64,000 nt of DNA. It comes from Carcharhinus longimanus. Its lineage: Eukaryota. This document shows positions 11,250-23,614 of this stretch, piece after piece (the stretch's first letter is position 1; every line of letters starts with the position of its first letter). The stretch covers positions 46,895,712-46,959,711 of the forward strand of contig JASCQW010000105.1 in assembly GCA_030264375.1 (NCBI GenBank), written 5' to 3'. The notes below the pieces were generated by a model. The model saw only the letters and a program-made list of their open reading frames with translations, was not told where the DNA came from and searched no databases. Both the position numbers and the translations under genes were made by a program.

Positions 11250-11680
11250 TGTCAGCTTGCCTGAGTTGATAGCGTTTGACTCTGTCAAAAAGTTGTGACG
11301 TTAAACTCAACTTGAGTCGTCAAGCATATAATTTAGGCTGACACATCAAAGCAATACTGAGAGAGTGCTGTGTTGCTGCAGGTACCATTCTTTGGATGGA
11401 AAATAACATTCTAGCCTTTTCTGCCTGTCAGGTGCCTATTAAAAGTCCCATTGCACTACTTTAAGAATGGGATTTTCTTGGTGTTCCAGCAACATTGCTC
11501 ACTCACTCAAAAAATACTAGGATGAGATTAACTGGTCGTTTATCTTATTATTGCTTCCAGGATTTTGCAATGTGAAAGATGGTTGTGCAATTGCCCACAC
11601 GACAACAGTCATGGCATGCTTTGAATATATGTCTGAAAGATGATGTAGCTTGAGTTTTAAATGTAAGCATTTATTTGTTT
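11250..11680 (+). mobile_element. DeuSINE (SacSINE1/AmnSINE1-related) old copy
   Basis: AGGCTGACAC...TACTGAGAGAGTGCTGTGTTG...AGGTACCATTCTTTGGATG...AAAAGTCCCATTGCACTA...CTGGTCGTTTATC...AAATGTAAG follows the Deu-domain layout. Confidence 0.7.
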
Positions 11681-12699
11681 CACTTTCTTTCAACTCTCTT
11701 CAATACAGCACAATTCCTTTACTGTTTTAAAACAAGAAAGATTAACTTCAGAAGTTCCTGCCAAAACAAATGCACATCTTGCCATTTGTAATCATGAAAC
11801 GTGCTGAATTAGATACATTTTCCAGAGGAAAATTTGTTTCACTTGTTATTATGCCGCAGATATGCATCAGATATTTACGTCTCATTTCATTTCTAGTTCA
11901 AACTTACTGAAGCATTTTCCCAAATTATCATTTACCACCTATGGATCTCATAATAGTGCTATTGACATGGTTGTTCAAAATCAGGACTCCTGCTAAGAAA
12001 GGAATGAACTGGGCTCAGTCTGGACAGAGAAATTATAATTACCATGTCAAAGTTCCAATAAAGAATACAATGGCTGGATTTTCATTTCAAAACCTCCCAT
12101 TTGTAGCAGAAGGTATAGTAAATAGTTTATTTGAATTGCTGCCTCAATCTGACTGCAACAATGATCATTAAAATTCTAATTTTTAAATAATTATGGTTTA
12201 AAAAACCTGCTGTCTGGAGCCCTCACGGCCACATGCATATTAGGGTGAATGGGTGGACCTTAGGTAATTCTGCACAATTATTACCACAGATTTGGTCTCT
12301 GAGAAACTGCCACTATGTAAATACTGGCATAAGCAGCACAACTGTTTCTCTGCTGATGAGGGTGTTTTTGGTTGTGACATCTGGAATCCTGTGGAAATTT
12401 GACTGGACATTACTCTTTCTGCTTGAAACTCCAAGAAAGATACCTCCTAAGCAAAATTACACAGAGCAGAAAGTTACATTTTGGATTCACGAAATGAATT
12501 TCCTAATAGTAATATTTCTATTCTAATGTAATGAAGGAGAAGCTATGGCAGAATTATAATATTGTGGAAAAAAAGGGTACAGGAGATTTGTAGTCAAATT
12601 AAGCAGCTCAGGAAATGTAAAGGTGTGTCGGTCCACAAGATTTTAATTAGCCACTTATTGATTGGGACAGAAAAGAAGTAAATGGAGAAAAAGTAATGA

Positions 12700-12960
12700 A
12701 GTTCCTAAAGTATGTGCTGTCTGCTTCCTCAAGCTTAGCATTCCTAAATTGATGATGAGGAATAAAATAAATCAAATAGTTGAATGAAATGATACAGGAT
12801 CAAACAAGAAAGGGAAAAATCCCACGATTGGATCAAGTTGGTTACAGAAAGTTGATGAGCTTGTCAGCTGAGATGGAGTGGAAAGAGAAATTAGCACACT
12901 TGCTTGTAGAGCAACAATGGATTTTTATTTTAAAAGAAAAACAATCCAAAGGTGCAGGAT
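12700..12960 (+). mobile_element. Old CR1 ORF2 relic
   Basis: LSAEMEWKEKLAHLLVEQQW resembles the CR1 linker after the APE domain. Confidence 0.5.
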
Positions 12961-13208
12961 TTGTAATTGTCTGGTGATCTTGTTTGTGATAACGCCTTGA
13001 CTGATAAATTGCTTAGTGAGGGGTTGTGAGCTGTGATACATGTTACCATACTGGTCCTGTTTTTACTGCATTATTGGTTGCTAGGAGAAAGATTAAATAC
13101 TGTTGCTTAAAATTACTTTGTCTAGACATTAATTGCCTAGAAGTAAACTTAGGAAGCTGTTTAAGTTCTGGCCTGATCTTAGCTCCTGCTGACTTTGACA
13201 TGCACCTA

Positions 13209-13626
13209 CATAAGAACATAAGAAATAGGAGCAGGAGTCGGCCATCCAGCTCTTCGAGCCTGCCCCGCCATTCAATAAGATCATGGCTGATCTGTCGTGG
13301 CTCAGTTCCACTTTCCCGCCTTCTCCCCNNNNNNNNNNNNNNNNNNNNNNNNNNNNNNNNNNNNNNNNNNNNNNNNNNNNNNNNNNNNNNNNNNNNNNNN
13401 NNNNNNNNNNNNNNNNNNNNNNNNNNNNCTGTCGAGCACTGCCTCTCTAGTAACAATAATGTCATTCAGGCCCTCCACTCCTACCATCTTTCCATCGCTA
13501 ACACCCAGCAAACTATTCACGTCCTCCTCCGTGAAGACCGAAACAAAAAAGTTATTCAAGGCCTCAGCCATTTCTCCATCCCCTACCACTAAGTCCCCCC
13601 TCTCATCCTCTTAGGGTCCAACGTTC
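13209..13626 (-). mobile_element. Young 5'-truncated CR1 LINE spanning the gap at 13329-13428
   Basis: GDGEMAEALNNFFVSVFTEED before the gap (minus strand); GEKAGKWN and a CATAAGAA tail after it. Confidence 0.9.
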
Positions 13627-14079
13627 AGACAGTAAGACACACTGCAGCAAAGGCAAACCTGAGAAAATAGAAATCTTTGGCCTTGATGTTACCAGCATAG
13701 TGTTAACGGCCCATGCACAACTGGGAATTCTGAGGAGCTCTTGATTTGGATATCATCTCTATAGATGGCACAGGTTAATGCTTATAGTTCCAGATTGAAT
13801 GATTGAGTTGGATCATGGGGATCATCAGGAGGAATGGCGGGAGGTTAAGATCAGGGTGCAGCAGCGAGTTATGTACAAACTCAAAGACCTTGGGATTACC
13901 ATTGGAGGGTAAGGAGTATTGTCAAGGATCAGGTCACAAGATTGCAGATCTTGGGCACACTGCTGGGTGGTTGGGAGAGTTGTAAGGAGTACTAGGGGCT
14001 TGGTGCTTCAGGTGTTTGCATGACTGTTTGATAATTACGGATAATTAGTTTGGGACAATAATTAGCCCAAAGTTGTCTG

Positions 14080-14220
14080 GGTTAGGTAGATTGGCCATGC
14101 TAAATTTGCCCTTGTCAGGAGGGCTAGCAGGGTAAATATGTGGGGTTACAGGGATAGGACCTGGGTGGATTTTTTTATCAGTGCAGGCTCAATGGGCTGA
14201 ATGGCTCCCTTCTGCACTAA
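14080..14220 (+). mobile_element. HE1 SINE 3' half
   Basis: GTTAGGTAGATTGGCCATGCTAAATTTGCCC...GGGCTGAATGGCTCCCTTCTGCACT. Confidence 0.85.
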
Positions 14221-15220
14221 GCAAACTTCCAGGAGATAAGAACGTACTTGAGTTGAGTGACTTAGAATCAAATATTGGCAGAAAAGAAAGTGGCAGGGCA
14301 ATGGGCCACCTTCAAAAAAAGGTATTGCAGAAATATCAAGATGTATTCCCTTGAAGGGGGAAGATCGGACAAATAGATACAGAACACATTGGATAATAAG
14401 AGAGGTGGAGGAGAAGATAAAACAGAAGAAGTGTGTGTACGACAGATATCAGGTAAAAATACAACGGAGAATCAGGCTGAATATAGAAGGACCAGAGTGA
14501 AAGTGATAAAACTAATAAATAAAGCAAGATGAGAGCGTGAAAAGAGACTAGAAGCTAACATAAAAGGGAATGCCAAGGTAAGCTTATGAATAATAAAAAG
14601 GGTGGTAAAAGGAAGAGTCAGGCTGAGTCTAGACAAAAAACGAGACTTGCACGTAGAGGCAGAAGAAGTAGCAGAGGAATAAAGAAAAAAGCTTCATCAG
14701 TCTTTTCAAAGGAAGAAGGTGCTAACCAGGCTGAGGTTAAAGAAGAGGTAACTGGTACACTAGAAGAATTTATCTTGAGAAGGAGGAGATGTGAGAAAGG
14801 CTTTATTTACTTAAAATAAATAAGGCCGGATAAGACACACCCAAGCGTACTAAAGGAAGTGCAAGTCGAGTGGGAAGAGGACCAGAGAATTACAAAGGTT
14901 ACAGCCTTGGACAAAAAGGATGCAGGAATTAAACTGGCACCTACAGACCAATCAGTTTTACTTCAGTGGTTGGATATTTAAGTGAAAATCACGCTTGGCT
15001 AATTTGCTGGAGTTTTTGACAAAGGTTCTAAAGGGAACACTGTTGACGTGGTGTATCTGGATTTTCAATGGGTATTTCATACAGTGCACAACAGACCTGT
15101 GAGCAAAATTCTAACTCATAGAATAAAAGGGAAAGTAGGCACTTAGCTGAGTGACAAAAAACAGAGAGTAATAGTAAATAGTTGTTTTTCAGATTGGAGG
15201 GAGGTTTGAAGTGGAGTTAC
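14221..15220 (+). mobile_element. Decayed CR1 ORF2
   Basis: Traces of ASVFSKEE, YRPISFTSVV, VDVVYLDFQ and WREV*SGV. Confidence 0.8.
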
Positions 15221-15600
15221 AGAAAAGGATGTGAAATAGTCTTTAAATGCTATTATTGATTCTTCATTGTATTTACTACCTGACATCTGTTATATGCACA
15301 CTTCTGTTTCATCTTCTCCATCTGTCTCATTGTCCAAGATGTTCTGAATCTACTTGTCCTATCTTTCTCCTTCAAGGAAATATAGCTTGACATTTCTGCA
15401 ATACCTTTTTCTGAACGGTGGCCCATTACTCAGCCACTATCTTTTCTGCCAATATCCCCTTTTCAAAAATGCAAGTCAAAAATTGGAATTAATGTTAAAT
15501 ATATTTCAGTCACCCTTATGATGGGAGTCAGCACTATGAACTTGCTATCCTAAACCACCTTGAAATGTTCTTGATTTCTGATTTGACCTGAAAGGAGTTT

Positions 15601-15904
15601 AAAGTTGAAAGTTTATTTATTAGTGTCACAAGTAGACTTACATTAACACTGCAATGAAATCGCTGTCAAAATTCCTTAGTTGCCACACTCCAGCAGCTGT
15701 TTGGATACACTGAGGGAGAATTTAGTATGGCCAATGCACCAAACCAGCACATCTTTGGGAGGAAACCAGAGTACCCAGAGAAAACCCATACAGACACAGG
15801 GAGAACATGCAAACTCCACACAGACAGTGACCCAAGCTGGGAATAGAACCTAAGTCCCTGATGCTGTGAGGCATAGTGCTGACCACTGTGCCACCTTGCC
15901 ACCC
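15601..15904 (-). mobile_element. V-SINE with an HE1 head/core but a non-CR1 tail
   Basis: Same tRNA head and V domain as HE1, but ends ...CTTGTGACACTAATAAATAAACTTTCAACTTT on the minus strand. Confidence 0.85.
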
Positions 15905-16095
15905 TATAGAGATTTGTGAATTAAAATAACCAAAGAATCCAAAAGGAGGCAGTAATGAAGCAACTAATTGAAAAAAAGTTACACAATGTTGGATGATGTT
16001 AGCACTGAATTTAAGAAATTGGCAGATGGGCTATTAAAATACCTGGACCAATTATCCATTGTAACATGCCACCTAGATCCCATAGTTTCCTATTA

Positions 16096-16266
16096 TCATA
16101 GAATTATAGAGTCCCTATAGTGCAGTAGGATACTGTTCAGCCCATTGAGTCTGCACTGACTCTCTGACAGAGCATCTTACCCAGCACCATTAATCCCCCT
16201 AACCTAAACTTCTTAGAACACTAAGGGCCAATTTAGCAATGGCCAATCCACCTAACGTGCACATCT
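16096..16266 (-). mobile_element. HE1 SINE 3' half
   Basis: ATCATAGAA...CCCTATAGTGCAG...GGCCAATCCACCTAACGTGCACATCT. Confidence 0.85.
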
Positions 16267-17904
16267 ATTTTGATGGATGCTTCTGGACTGGAAGATGAGT
16301 TTTCAGCCCAAAGTATGCAGGGTGCACTTGTGTAAACCAATGATATGAATTTTGGCCTGAGTTAAGAAGTCAAAAGGTGAACTGGCTGCATAGTAAGAAG
16401 GCCTGGTGAAATAAATGCTGCTGCAGACAGGCAGGACACAAAATTGAAAGTAATAGTTCCCTGCTGAAAACCCACTGGCAGTTAAAATCCTTTCCATGAT
16501 TGTATTTGAATTGTGTTGTTTGGCTCCTTCATCCAACAGATTATCTGGAAACAAACGATAGTTGATGAAACATATGATCAAGTTAAACTGAAGCATAATT
16601 TCTGTGAATTAAACTGATTTCTAATTCCATACTTAACGTGATTAATTAAATAAATCAATACCCAAGGTAAAACTTAGTCAAAAAGATCAATTTTTGTCAC
16701 GTCCCTGTCGTGATTGTAATTGAGCTGTCACTGAGACCAAGATTAAATCCATTGTAACTGGTTTGTTATAATGGAATTTACGATAATGAAGTTGCAGTAA
16801 TGCAACTTGTAAAATCTCTCATTGTCATGCATTCTTTAGTATTAATTTATGGGCAAGATATTGACTTATGCACTTATGCATTCCTTTAATTTATATTAGA
16901 CATCCTACCAATCTTGCATTTAAGTCAAGAGCAGATGCTTGATAAATTGACATGATAATGACAATAATGAATATTAAATCTCCTTTTTCATAATTTAATA
17001 AGAGAAATCTTTACGTGAGGGTTTTGAAGTCCCCATTGTTTACATGCCAAAGGCAGATGAAGAACATTCAGCACATATAAAAATGAAGGGGATCTCCTTA
17101 AGCATGATATTAAATATTGAAAGATTTCTGATAACTACTCTGATTTTCATTACAAATGCATTGTTGAATATATTAAAGTATATATTCTTAAATTTGTCAC
17201 CATGGAACTTTTCACAGGCAATTAAAAATGATAATTCAAATGACCCATTATAATGCATCAAAATACATAAATTTTTAATACCAATTATAAATGTATACAG
17301 ACCTCATTGTTAACCTCTATGAGCATTTACCCTGGAAAGTTTTATCTTCCCAAGTGCGTGTCTGAACTGCCTGAATTATTAATGAGTGGATACCCCTGTG
17401 TGCTTATTTAATTCTTTCCAATTAATTAAAACCCAGCATTTAAGGGTAGACTCTTTTTGAAGTATTACTTGGTGCAAATTGAGGTGGCATTGTAACAGGA
17501 AGTACAACTCTTTGCTCTTCTGAAAAGTTAAATATAAAATGGCACTTTTTCCGACTTGGTCCATACATACATTGTCTCTTTTCTTCCTTTTCTCCTCTGA
17601 TGACATTTATAACCTGATGATGCTCATTTCTTTTTCACATCTCATTAGGCTTCTTCTGAACTAATGCAAATGCATTGAACAGATTGTTTCTAGTTTCCTT
17701 TTTTGGTCATGTGATTATGTCCCTTGACTCCATTATTCAAGTTTTTATTACAGAGTTTCACTTTAGCTCCTTTAGTGAAAGGCAAAATTCTAAATATTAT
17801 TGAGCCTGATTGAGTCTCTTTTGCCCTCTGAAACTGGTCCATCAACATGTGAGAGTGCCAGGTCCCTTTTACAGTAATATTATTCAGTAACATCAAAACA
17901 TTTG

Positions 17905-18230
17905 CTTCCTCCATCACCAGTGCACAGTGACATCATTATGTATTTGATGCGCTGCAACAACTTAGCAAGATTTCTTCAACAGCACTGTTCAATCCTGTGC
18001 CCTCATTTGTCTGGAAGAACAAGGGCAGCGGATGCATGGGCACTTGCAGGTATCCTTCCAATTCACACACCATTCTGATTGGGAAATATATCACCATTCC
18101 TTTATCATTCTTGGGTCAAAATCCTTGAATTTCCCACCTGGCAGTACATGAACTGCAGAAGTTCAAGGAGGTGGTTCATGCAGACCTTCTCAATCGCCTT
18201 GCCAGTGGTGTCCACATCTCATAAAGGATC
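17905..18230 (+). mobile_element. LINE family B 3' end
   Basis: GAAGAACAAGGGCAGCGGATGCATGGG...GGGTCAAAATCCTTGAATTTCC...GAACTGCAGAAGTTCAAGGAGG...CCTTCTCAA. Confidence 0.75.
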
Positions 18231-18634
18231 ATCTTTCCAACTGTGACCCCTTCTTTACCAGGAAAGCTGAAGTTTTAAATTGTTGCTAAATTCAAGGTGC
18301 ACTTTACGGCTGCAGGAAAATAAATATGTTTTCTTGCCATTGCAGCTATAAAAACAAATCCGTAAAGCTCTTGCTAAAAAACAGGATCTCCTGTGGTTCC
18401 AAACTGCAAGGCCTCACTTCAAATACTGCCAATGGAATGTGCTAAATAGTATCATTTCACAGCTGTTGAATCTCTCAACATCCCTTCTCCCATGGTGCTA
18501 AATCCTAATATACCATTCACTTGGTAAAAATTAGGATCATATTATTAATGTTGAATTGTGGGATGCCACTTCCCCACTCACAACCCACCCCCACTCTCTC
18601 CAAATGCCACTCCCTCAATATGTAAAGGTAAAGG

Positions 18635-18998
18635 TTTTCATGGGATATGGGCATTGTTGCCATGGCCTGAATTTGTTTCCCATCCTTAATTGCCCTTGAA
18701 CTGAGTGACTTGCTCAACTATTGCAACAGGCAGTTAATAGTGAACAATATTACAGTGGATCTAGAGTCACATATAGGTCAGGTGAGATAAGGATATCAGA
18801 TTTCCTTCCCACAGACATGAGTAAACCTGATCTTTTTTTTGATGATCAATGATAGTTTCATGGTCAATTCCAGAGTTATTAATTGAATTTAAATTCCACC
18901 AGCTGCCATGATGGGATTTAAATCTGTGTTTCCAAAGCATTCGCTTGGCCCTCAGAAATACTATTTCAGTAACAGTACCACTACAGCACCACCTCCCC
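18635..18998 (-). mobile_element. tRNA-derived SINE family B
   Basis: Reverse-complement homolog of 9252-9610 (CCCATCCTTAATTGCCCTTGAACTGAGTG...CCACTACAGCACCACCTCCCC). Confidence 0.85.
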
Positions 18999-19521
18999 AA
19001 AAATGTGCTTCTGATAGTAATTTGTGTAATAATGGACTTGGAACCTGAGGATCGTCACAATCTCTATGACAATCACTGGTTTGATCCAGAAAGACTAAAT
19101 GGTAATGAAGGTTAGGAACATGGAAAAAATTATGCCTCAGAGGCCACTTCTCTTGCAGAATGGATCTACCAGAGTTATATGGAATTCTTTGCCACAGGTG
19201 GCACTATTGTAGGCCAATCTCAAAGCCTCTTTCCACTCTTTCACTTAGTATAGCAACATAAGTTGTGTTCCCAGATGCTGCAGAGATTTTCAGTGTTGTC
19301 AGGTGTTGTGGTGGATGGACAGTATTGAGTAGAGAACTGAGATGTCTCTATGAGGTGAATTTATGTTGCAGCAAACCAGCTGAAATGCTGTGGAGCATGA
19401 GGTAACAGAGTGAAAGAAAATCATCAGCAAGCTCTTGGACAAACATGATTTCAGCAAGGTGCCCAAACTAGCAGTGTACCTCTTATTATTACAGGGTTGG
19501 ACGAACAACTCTACTATGGTT

Positions 19522-19692
19522 CATAAGAACATAAGAACTAGGAGCAGGAGTAGGCCATCTGGCCCCTCGAGCCTTCTCCGCCATTCAATAAAATCATGGC
19601 TGATCTTTTTGTGGACTCAGCTCCACTTATCCGCCCACTCACCATAACCCTTAATTTCTTCACTGTTCAAAAATCTATCTATCTTTGCCTTA
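19522..19692 (-). mobile_element. CR1 3' end
   Basis: CATAAGAACATAAGAACTAGGAGCAGGAGTAGGCCATCTGGCCCCTCGAGCC. Confidence 0.9.
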
Positions 19693-19899
19693 ATAATTTC
19701 CTTTGGGTCCTTTGAGTCACTTTTATGGAAATCTTGAAGAAAGTCTCTGCTGCATTACAGTGGAGAGATGGGCAGCAGAGTCTACAGATTGACATTGATA
19801 TTGACATCCCTCCTGGTTCTCATGGTAGACATGCAAATGAATGTAATGTTTGACTCGATGCCAAGTTAAAGGATTAGAAATAGGATTAGGTTTTGCTAT

Positions 19900-20195
19900 T
19901 CCCCTCCTCTCCCTCATACCATTCCACCATTCAGTAAGAATTTTGCAGCTCTAACTGAGGCCTTGTTGTTTTGCAGCCCATCCTGCATAACAAGTGACTC
20001 CCTTATAAATCAGAAAATCTGCTTAATGCAGCCTTAAAAATATTCAATGACTCACCTCCCACTGTTCGCTGGGATAGACAATTACAAAGGTCAATGACCT
20101 CTAAGAAAAGAAGTTGCTCCTCAACCCATGGGAGTCCCATTTTTCTGAACCCATTCCCCCTCATTTTAGATTTTTCCATAAGGGGTAACATTTTC
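19900..20195 (-). mobile_element. Older CR1 3' end
   Basis: Minus-strand LCNCLSQRTVGGESLNIFKAAL is the CR1 ORF2 C-terminus. Confidence 0.7.
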
Positions 20196-20309
20196 CTGAA
20201 TTTTTGTAAATATGGAGAGCTTCTCTGTTATTCCAAAAATGGCTATGGAGGCCCAGATCAGGAAATCCTAACTCTGAGCATAGTACCTATCAGCTTTGTA
20301 GGCAGACAA

Positions 20310-21580
20310 TGGGGGCAGTTTCCAACCTGACCATCGGTGATTCATGGAGGGAGCAGCTCATACAAAGCAGCAGCCTCTGGTCATATCAGGTTTTCATCAG
20401 CTAAAAGGGGGAAACAGGATTTTTTGAGATTAGACCTTGCAGGAGAAGACCCAAACTCTGCAGAGTTGCTTGGAGAGGTAAGATACCCTTTCGGATTTGG
20501 TCCACAGATATCTGCGGGTGATATATGGCACCCTTTGAGAAAGGTAAGGTGCCCTTTTGGAGAGCTATGACTGTAACACTACATTCTGCGTTCCCTCCTT
20601 TCCTTTTCTATGTGCTTTGTCTGTATCGCGCACAAGAAACAATACTTTTCACTGTATAGCAATACATGTGACACTAATACATCAAATCAAAAAACTTAGG
20701 GTGCACTTTGAGGTTGTTAAGAGTAGATGAGAGTAAAACTGGTGTAAACTCAAGAGGCTCATTAGAACTGTTGAACTATCAGGAAATTTAAAATTCCTAC
20801 CCTTTAAATATTTGAAAAAAAAACCTGTCCACAGTATTTATTAAAAATCAATGCCTACTTGCTGTCTTGCTCTGCCTATTGATATAAGCTTGAAGATTAT
20901 TATTGCCGTATGACTGATTTAACAACCTTCTATTATCACAGTGGGATACCTTTCAGTTCACAGTTTGATTGAGAGTTCCAGGTGGTTAGCCTATGAATTT
21001 CAGTGTTTTGTTTTTAAAAGGGATCAACAGAATCTAAAGGTAGTAATGGATTTTTTATCAATTAAAGCTTTTTTTTGAAATTACGAATTTATCAACAGGC
21101 ACTTAAAAACTTTGCTTAATCTCAGGTTGGCCCTGAAGTCTCCAATCCTGGATACTGAGTGAGCTGGCATGTTAGGTACAAGGCAAAGGGGAGCGTGGGT
21201 ATGCATTGAGTTGACATGGGACTGGAAAGGTCCATGGGGATGGGTAGAGAGGCACAAATCAGTATGCAGTATATGATGGGCAATGGGATGGTGGGTGGGG
21301 AGGCATGAAGTGGCACTAGTGCTCATGGATGGGGCCTGGGAGGATGCATGTGCAAGGTGAGGAGGTGTGAGGGATGAGTTCTGTTTTATTGCTTTAAAAA
21401 AAAACTTTGATACAGTGATACAGTGTGCTGAAGTAGGCCTCCTGTCCAGCTTCCATGTCTGGCAGACTTCCACTCATTCTGGACTTGCCCATAAAGACTC
21501 CCATTTTCATTCACTCCCACGGATCGCAAATTCCACTTTGTTTAGCACTTTCTCTCAGGTCAGGTTTATGGAGTTGTGAA
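20310..21580. mobile_element. Decayed non-autonomous DNA-transposon-like element
   Basis: Begins GGGGGCAGTTTCC like other MITE ends here, with an AT-rich core and a G-rich arm; the right end is unclear. Confidence 0.3.
20585..20693 (+). mobile_element. Rex1/Babar LINE 3' tail
   Basis: TGCTTTGTCTGTATCGCGCACAAGAAACAATACTTTTCACTG...ATCAAATCAAA matches the reverse complement of 43425-43520. Confidence 0.8.
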
Positions 21581-21609
21581 TTGTTCAGACCTGGGTGTGA
21601 CAATTCAAA

Positions 21610-22152
21610 CCATCCTCTCAGTATCTATCTTGTCAAACCCCCTCAGAATCTGAGATCTTTCTATCTGATCACTTCTCATTCTCCTAAACTCCTTGAGTGT
21701 GGTTCCAGCATTCTCAGCCTTTCCTCATAAGACAATCTTTTCAACCTAGCGAAACTTTTCTGAACTGTCTCCTGGGAAAGTTTATCCCTCCTTAAAGGCA
21801 AAGTTATCGAGACGTACTTTCACAAATGCCCTACATGCTTCTAGCAAGACTTCCTTATGTTTGTACTCCATTTTCCTTATGATCAAGGCCTGAATATATT
21901 GTATGAGCTTATGCTCAAGGCCACCTACGCGAAGGTTATTCATCCAATCTGTATGAAGATTAAAATTTCCCCCAACGATTACAGTATCTTTCTTACAAAC
22001 CCTGAGCATTCCTTAATTTATAATCAAGAGAAAATTCTTATGATTAGATGCTAGTTCAGGGACTAGAGGGTGCAGATTTAGAAATTTGGGCAAAAGATGC
22101 AAGAGAAACGTGAGGAAGAACTTTTTTACGCACCAAGTGGTAATTACCTGGA
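21610..22152. mobile_element. Patchwork of old CR1 fragments (minus then plus strand)
   Basis: IVGGNFNLHTDW (APE) and MEYKHKEVLL on the minus strand; RKNFFT..VVITWSSL on the plus strand. Confidence 0.65.
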
Positions 22153-22896
22153 GCTCATTACTCATGAGCCGGTAAGATTGGGTAAGAAGCGAAAAATCAA
22201 CTTTGCATCCGATTTCTTTCCTTTTGTAATGTTACCAGCCATGCCTGCTGGCGTAATCAGCCTCATGCTCGGGAGGGGCAATTGTCCAAGCTCACTTGCC
22301 TTAACAACGCTATCGGTTAAGATCATGTATGGTCCCCAGCAATTGGGACTTGATGTGATGGCCACATGTGTGGGACCGGAGGCCGTTGAAACCCACTAGG
22401 TGGTTGAGGGCAAAGTCGGGCAGTACCCATTGTTGCCAGTGATTGGCCAGGGGGGCGTCAGGGCCAGTAATCAAGAGGGAAAGGGGATGGTATGGCAATT
22501 GTGGGAGTGGCAACTGGGGAGGTTGTGGTGATCAGGGCCAGCAATCGGGGGATGCGATATCCAGGGGTTGATGTCCGGTGAGGTGATTTTGTGGGGGGTG
22601 GGGGTGACATCTGGGGGGAGGCTAATTTTGGCGGGTAGAGGGTGACAAGTGTGGAATGAGAGATTTCCCAGTACAAGCACTGCAAGATCGGGGCACATGA
22701 GTGCCCTTAGCTTAGTAGCCAACTTCCTCGTGTGAATAGGTTCCATCCACTCCCCCTACTGGTGAGAATCACATTTTGCCTCTTTTTTCCTAAGTGCCAT
22801 ATGATTGCGTTTGGGAGCTCACCCAAAAAATGGGCATGATTCTCTCCCATTTTCACACTCATTCAGCACTTAAAAATTTTTTTGGGAAGATTGCCC
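22153..22896. mobile_element. Harbinger-type MITE, left end lost
   Basis: Right end ...GCACTTAAAAATTTTTTGGGAAGATTGCCCC resembles the ends of the elements at 31832, 36573 and 57055; G-rich body. Confidence 0.65.
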
Positions 22897-23614
22897 CTAT
22901 ATGTTTTATTGTTGTCTATGATCAAATTGTTTTAATGTGTGAGTTTAGTGTGTATTTCCTCCTCCTCATAGTGGTTGTCCCAATTTAAAAAAAAATCCAG
23001 CTGCAAGCATTTGTGAATTTTCAAAACAATGAAGATTGTTGATTGTCATATACTTGCCCAGAGGTTTTAACATAATATCTCACACATGCTACCTCATGCC
23101 CAAAGGTGACATACAGATGAAGAAGAAAACAATGCAATTAGAAAAAGTCATGATTTTAGTCACTTTCATTGCAGGACTGTAGTTTCTGAATTGAATTGAT
23201 ATTTTAGTTGGAATGGAGTCTTGATAACAGGAGAATCTGTAAATGTTTCTTGTGATTGAATTTCCAGGAAGCTGTTTCTGAGGTGAATTTGAAGTGGAAC
23301 AGATTGAGCAGAGATTCCTTCTTCCCCTTTCAAGGTATATCTATCTTACCTTGGCTGTATTGTCTTGCAGCTGCTTTGTTGGCTTTTCAGATGGTGCTTC
23401 TGATGTTTTTCATCTGAACAGCTTCTCCTGTTGTTCTTTAAAAGGAACAGGAGACAAACATAGCTGCCTTAAATCATGTGACCGACTATAATCTCAAAGC
23501 TCTTCTTCTAAAAAAGAATATTGGATTGTTTTTCTGCACTTCCTGTGTGTTCAGCCTTTCCCAATTGAGGACTTCTGAGACAGCTGAGGATGTCTTGATT
23601 GAGTGACCCATTCC

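Noticed and set aside
14586-14819. Basic, histone- or protamine-like ORF
   Set aside because: Frameshifted purine-rich CR1 ORF2 relic.
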